A DNA stretch of 18,310 bases from NCBI GenBank assembly GCA_041746255.1, contig JBGTHM010000085.1:1-18310 (forward strand), in the 5' to 3' direction. The DNA comes from Fibrobacteria bacterium. GTDB lineage: Bacteria; Fibrobacterota; Fibrobacteria; UBA11236. The notes beneath the pieces were generated by a model, which saw only the letters and a list, made by a program, of their open reading frames with translations, ran no database searches and was not told the origin of the DNA. This document shows positions 15,101 to 18,310 of the stretch, in pieces. The position numbers were made by a program, and so were the translations under genes. How positions within the stretch are numbered: the first letter of the stretch is position 1; each line of letters starts with the position of its first letter.

Positions 15101-16734
15101 CCGGCGAAAAAGTGGACAAGGTCATTGCCAAGGTGCGGCATTCGACGCCGGGAGTGGGCCTTATTTCTCCGCCGCCGCATCATGATATCTATTCCATCGA
15201 AGATCTGGCCCAACTCATTTTCGATTTGAAAAACGCCAACGATCAGGCGCGTATCAGCGTCAAGCTGGTGGCTGAGGTGGGTGTGGGCACGGTTGCGGCC
15301 GGCGTGGCCAAAGCCCATTCCGACGTTATCCTGATTTCGGGTTATGACGGGGGTACCGGCGCTTCGCCGCAAACCTCCATCAAACACGCGGGGCTTCCCT
15401 GGGAACTCGGTCTCGCCGAGGCCCATCAGGTATTGCTCAAGAACCAATTGCGGAGCCGGGTCGTGTTGCAAACCGACGGTCAGCTCCGTACCGGCCGCGA
15501 TATCGCTATCGCCACCCTGTTGGGTGCGGAAGAATGGGGCGTAGCTACCGCAGGCCTCGTGGCCATGGGCTGCATCATGATGCGCAAATGCCATCTCAAT
15601 ACCTGTCCCGTGGGCGTAGCCACCCAGGATCCCGAATTGCGTAAGCTTTTCACCGGCGAGGCCGAACATGTCGTGAATTTTTTCCGTTTTCTGGCCGAAG
15701 ATTTACGCACCCACATGGCCAAGCTGGGTTTCCGCACCATCAATGAAATGGTGGGTCGGGTCGATAAACTTGCGCCGCGTAAGGGCGTGACGCATTGGAA
15801 GGCCAAACATCTGGATTTGCGTCGCCTGTTGCATAAAATGGGCGAAACCGATCGCGGCACCGGCGCTTTCTGCTGCATTCCGCAAGACCATGGTCTGGAA
15901 AATTCTCTGGATCACAAATTGATTGAATTGGCCAGGCCCGCTCTGGAAACGGGTAAACCCGTCCGGGCCGAGTTCTCCATTCGAAACGTGAACCGCACGG
16001 TCGGAACCATCCTCTCCTCCCGCATAACGCGGAAATACGGAGCCGATGGGCTTCCGGAGGATACGGTTTATTTCAAAGTGAACGGTTCCGCGGGCCAGAG
16101 CTTCTCGGCCTTCGGCGTCAAGGGCGTCACTTTCGAGATTGAAGGCGAAGCCAACGATTATTTCTGCAAGGGATTGTCGGGCGCCAAAGTCATCATCTAT
16201 CCCCCGAAACAGTCTCCTTTCGTGCCGCGCGACAACGTCATCATCGGCAACGTATCCTTCTACGGAGCCACCAGTGGTGAAGCATATATCCGCGGCATGG
16301 CCGGTGAGCGCTTTTGCGTGCGCAATTCCGGCGCGCATGTAGTGGTGGAATCGGTTGGCGACCATGGCTGCGAATACATGACTGGAGGTCGTGTCGTCAT
16401 TTTGGGGGAAATCGGACGTAATTTCGCCGCCGGCATGAGCGGCGGGGTGGCCTATATTTGGGACCACACGGGGAAAATGGCCAGCCGCATCAATACCGGC
16501 ATGGTCGAATTGGAAGAACTAACGGAGGTTGAAGACATCATCGAGTGCAAGAGCCTCATCGAAAAGCATCTGGACTATACGGGCAGCCTGAACGCCCAGG
16601 ACGTGTTGGCCGATTGGAAGGGAAACATATCCAAATTCATAAAAGTCATGCCGCGCGATTATAAGCGGGCCTTGGCTGAGCTGGCTTCAGAAGCCATGCA
16701 GCTCGAAAAGGAAGGAAGGCGAGTCAATGGGTAA
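12172..16734 (+). CDS. gltB: Glutamate synthase large (alpha) subunit
   Basis: 1520 aa. EHDA|CGVGF (Ntn-amidotransferase catalytic Cys), [55 protein letters not shown], [3Fe-4S] motif [12 protein letters not shown], and C-terminal GXGXG beta-helix ([19 protein letters not shown]). Confidence 0.98.
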   Translation: MVPSQFSRGEGLYDPRFEHDACGVGFVVHIKGKRSHDIVLKGIELLDNLEHRGASGAEKNTGDGAGIITQIPHAFFVKVASQEGFKLPEAGEYGVGQVFLPKHQANARRLQSLFGGCVEEAGQEVLGWRSIPVDNSQIGNMAREEEPDMYQVFIKKGKGIKDPMAFERKLYVIRKDSESRARNCGIEGARSFYIGSLSHKTIVYKGMLTSPQLRAYFPDLADPDFESALALVHSRFSTNTMPVWPLAHPFRYIAHNGEINTLRGNENWMRAREALLTSKLFTPDEIKKLLPIIEEAGSDSAKLDNVVELLHMSGRSLPHVMMMLIPEAWEKDPEMSLEKKAFYEYHGTLMEPWDGPASVAFTDGEMIGATLDRNGLRPSRYQLTTDDILVMASEAGVIEFPPEKIVMKGRLQPGKMFVVSLEEGRIIPDDEIKHRICSRKPYAKWLAKGKIELAQLRPTRELRQPDTETVTKRQKLFGYSLEDLRLLMSPMVNTGEEGIGSMGNDAPLAVLSDKSQNLFNYFHQLFAQVTNPPIDSIREEMVMSLVSFVGKEDNLLEETEKHCRVIELPQPVLTNDELERLRWVDKNHFQARTIPIVFKAASGEGRLQKALERIRRQASEAVQEGYNVIVLSDRPIDSDHCAIPSLLAVSAVHHHLIREGMRSQCGLIIETGEAREVHHFALLLGYGASAINPYLAFETIEDMRRRKLLIEGLTNDKAQQLYIKSINKGLHKVISKMGISTIMSYIGAQMFEAVGLSQQMVDEFFTGTVSRLGGIDVDTLEEETLIRHRFAYPAEEREDDGIDLEAGGQYQWRQRGERHLFNPETVHLLQHAARTNNVDTYQKYAQRIDNDNKALYTIRGLLEFVPGESVPLDEVESVESILKRFASGAMSFGSISWEAHTTLAIAMNRIGARSNTGEGGEDPERFVPLPNGDSMRSSIKQVASGRFGVTSNYLVNADELQIKMAQGAKPGEGGQLPGEKVDKVIAKVRHSTPGVGLISPPPHHDIYSIEDLAQLIFDLKNANDQARISVKLVAEVGVGTVAAGVAKAHSDVILISGYDGGTGASPQTSIKHAGLPWELGLAEAHQVLLKNQLRSRVVLQTDGQLRTGRDIAIATLLGAEEWGVATAGLVAMGCIMMRKCHLNTCPVGVATQDPELRKLFTGEAEHVVNFFRFLAEDLRTHMAKLGFRTINEMVGRVDKLAPRKGVTHWKAKHLDLRRLLHKMGETDRGTGAFCCIPQDHGLENSLDHKLIELARPALETGKPVRAEFSIRNVNRTVGTILSSRITRKYGADGLPEDTVYFKVNGSAGQSFSAFGVKGVTFEIEGEANDYFCKGLSGAKVIIYPPKQSPFVPRDNVIIGNVSFYGATSGEAYIRGMAGERFCVRNSGAHVVVESVGDHGCEYMTGGRVVILGEIGRNFAAGMSGGVAYIWDHTGKMASRINTGMVELEELTEVEDIIECKSLIEKHLDYTGSLNAQDVLADWKGNISKFIKVMPRDYKRALAELASEAMQLEKEGRRVNG

Positions 16735-18193
16735 GGTAACTGGATTCAAGGAGTTTGAGCGCAAGACGCCCCAATACCTGCCGGTAGAGGAACGGATAAA
16801 AAATTACAAGGAATTCGTGGTTCCGCTCCCAAAAGAAGAAGTTGAAACGCAGGGCGCCCGATGCATGGACTGCGGCGTACCTTTTTGCCATACCGGCTGT
16901 CCCTTGGGAAACATCATTCCCGATTTCAATGATCAGGTATACCATGGCAAGTGGCAAGCCGCTTTTAAAACCCTTTTGAGTACCAACAATTTCCCGGAAT
17001 TCACGGGACGTATCTGTCCGGCTCCCTGCGAGTCGGCTTGCGTGCTCGGCATCAACAAGCCCGCGGTGACCATCAAGAACATCGAAGTTTCCATCATCGA
17101 CTATGCCTATTCGCAAGGGTGGGTACAACCCAGGCCGCCCGCGCATCGCACCGGTAAACGCGTGGCGGTGGTCGGATCGGGACCGGCGGGATTGGCCGCG
17201 GCGGATATGCTGAACAAGGCCGGCCATAACGTAACCGTCTATGAACGGGCCGACCGAATCGGCGGCCTGCTTCGCTATGGAATTCCCGATTTCAAACTCG
17301 ATAAGAATCATGTGCAGAAACGCGTTGACTTGATGGTGGCAGAAGGCGTCCATTTCGTCACGAACGCGAATGTGGGCGTGAACGTTCCCGTCGAGGAATT
17401 AAAAAAGGATTTCGACGCCGTGGTTTTGGCCGGCGGCTCTACCGCGCCCCGCGACCTCCCCATAAAGGGACGGGAAATAAATGGCGTGCATTTCGCCATG
17501 AAATTCCTGACCCAGAACAACAAGCGTGTGGCGGGAGACGTGATTCCCGAAGCCGAAGTCTTATTGGCGACGGGCAAAAACGTCGTGGTAATCGGCGGGG
17601 GAGACACGGGCTCCGACTGCGTGGGAACCTCCATTCGCCATGGAGCGGCATCGGTAACGCAAATCGAATTGCTCCCTAAACCTCCCGTCGGCCGCACGGT
17701 GGATACCGCCTGGCCCCTGCATCCGGGTCCGCGCATGCTTTCCACCTCCAGTTCCCAAGGTGAAGGCTGTACTCGCGACTGGTCGGTGCTATCGAAGGAA
17801 TTCGTTGCCGACGAAAATGGCAATTTGAAGGGCATCAATGCGGTGCGCCTGGAATGGAACGGCCCCAAGTTCACCGAAATTCCCGGTTCGGAGTTTTTCA
17901 TGCCGGCCGAATTGGTGCTGTTGGCGATGGGCTTTTTGCATCCTGAAAAACCGGGAATGCTGGAGCAACTGGGAGTGGCCTTGGACGAACGCGGCAATGT
18001 GAAAACCGACGGCAATTACAGCACCTCGGTCGAGAATGTGTTCTCCGCCGGTGATATGCGCCGTGGCCAGTCTTTGGTGGTGTGGGCCATTTCGGAAGGG
18101 CGGGAATGCGCTCGAGCGGTGGACTCCTTCCTGCAAGGCACGGCTTCGTTGTTGCCCGCCAAGGAGCATTCCGCCTGCGAGATTGCTTCGTAA
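16727..18193 (+). CDS. gltD: Glutamate synthase small (beta) subunit
   Basis: [14 protein letters not shown] and [12 protein letters not shown]e-S motifs, GSGPAGL (FAD), [22 protein letters not shown], and [18 protein letters not shown]. Overlaps the gltB stop by 8 bp. Confidence 0.98.
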   Translation: MGKVTGFKEFERKTPQYLPVEERIKNYKEFVVPLPKEEVETQGARCMDCGVPFCHTGCPLGNIIPDFNDQVYHGKWQAAFKTLLSTNNFPEFTGRICPAPCESACVLGINKPAVTIKNIEVSIIDYAYSQGWVQPRPPAHRTGKRVAVVGSGPAGLAAADMLNKAGHNVTVYERADRIGGLLRYGIPDFKLDKNHVQKRVDLMVAEGVHFVTNANVGVNVPVEELKKDFDAVVLAGGSTAPRDLPIKGREINGVHFAMKFLTQNNKRVAGDVIPEAEVLLATGKNVVVIGGGDTGSDCVGTSIRHGAASVTQIELLPKPPVGRTVDTAWPLHPGPRMLSTSSSQGEGCTRDWSVLSKEFVADENGNLKGINAVRLEWNGPKFTEIPGSEFFMPAELVLLAMGFLHPEKPGMLEQLGVALDERGNVKTDGNYSTSVENVFSAGDMRRGQSLVVWAISEGRECARAVDSFLQGTASLLPAKEHSACEIAS

Positions 18194-18310
18194 AAGCAGG
18201 AATCGTTTTCTCCTTGTATCACTGCTGCGGACCGGAGTTCCACGCCGGGGAGATTTTTCCGGCACGCTCCGCCCGCTCCGCTTTGCGATACGGTTGCCGT
18301 CGCAACTCGC

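Noticed and set aside
12205..18265. Many long minus-strand ORFs (up to 346 aa) opposite gltB/gltD
   Set aside because: Expected antisense open frames of GC3-biased genes; no motifs, SD sites or independent signals.
18219..18308. Possible 3' end of a convergent minus-strand gene (ELRRQPYRKAERAERAGKISPAWNSGPQQ*)
   Set aside because: Only 29 codons are visible and all three minus frames are open here, so it cannot be supported.
1..18310. CRISPR arrays, tRNA/rRNA genes, IS elements, prophage or defence genes
   Set aside because: No spaced direct repeats, cloverleaf motifs, or transposase/integrase/nuclease signatures were seen; the intergenic gaps are all about 250 bp or shorter.

Overview
Bacterial chromosomal window, moderately GC-rich, with no RNA genes, mobile elements or CRISPR arrays recognised. 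Left to right: the acidic 3' end of an unidentified + strand gene; map (-); a small TPR lipoprotein (+); then a tightly packed minus-strand run, read right to left as TIGR04282/DUF2064 transferase, CslA/CslC-like processive GT2, GT-C (GT87-like) membrane glycosyltransferase, DPM1-like GT2, cysG, metG and a DEAD-box helicase. Further right are an unknown protein with two CxxxGC...YCxxHRT (putative Zn-finger) repeats behind a near-consensus sigma-28 promoter (-), yqgE/algH (+) and gltB-gltD (+). Most genes are housekeeping. The best candidates for something new are: (1) the four-gene glycoconjugate cassette, which lacks its usual radical-SAM/arsenosugar partners in this window; (2) the sigma-28-driven double zinc-finger gene; (3) a recurring 'TACCTT -10 box, (near-)leaderless mini-ORF, stop overlapping the real start' layout ahead of genes without a Shine-Dalgarno site; (4) a CysG with His at the catalytic Asp104 position; (5) a zinc-free MetRS carrying a long EMAPII-like C-terminal domain. 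All calls come from reading motifs by eye; no database searches were run.
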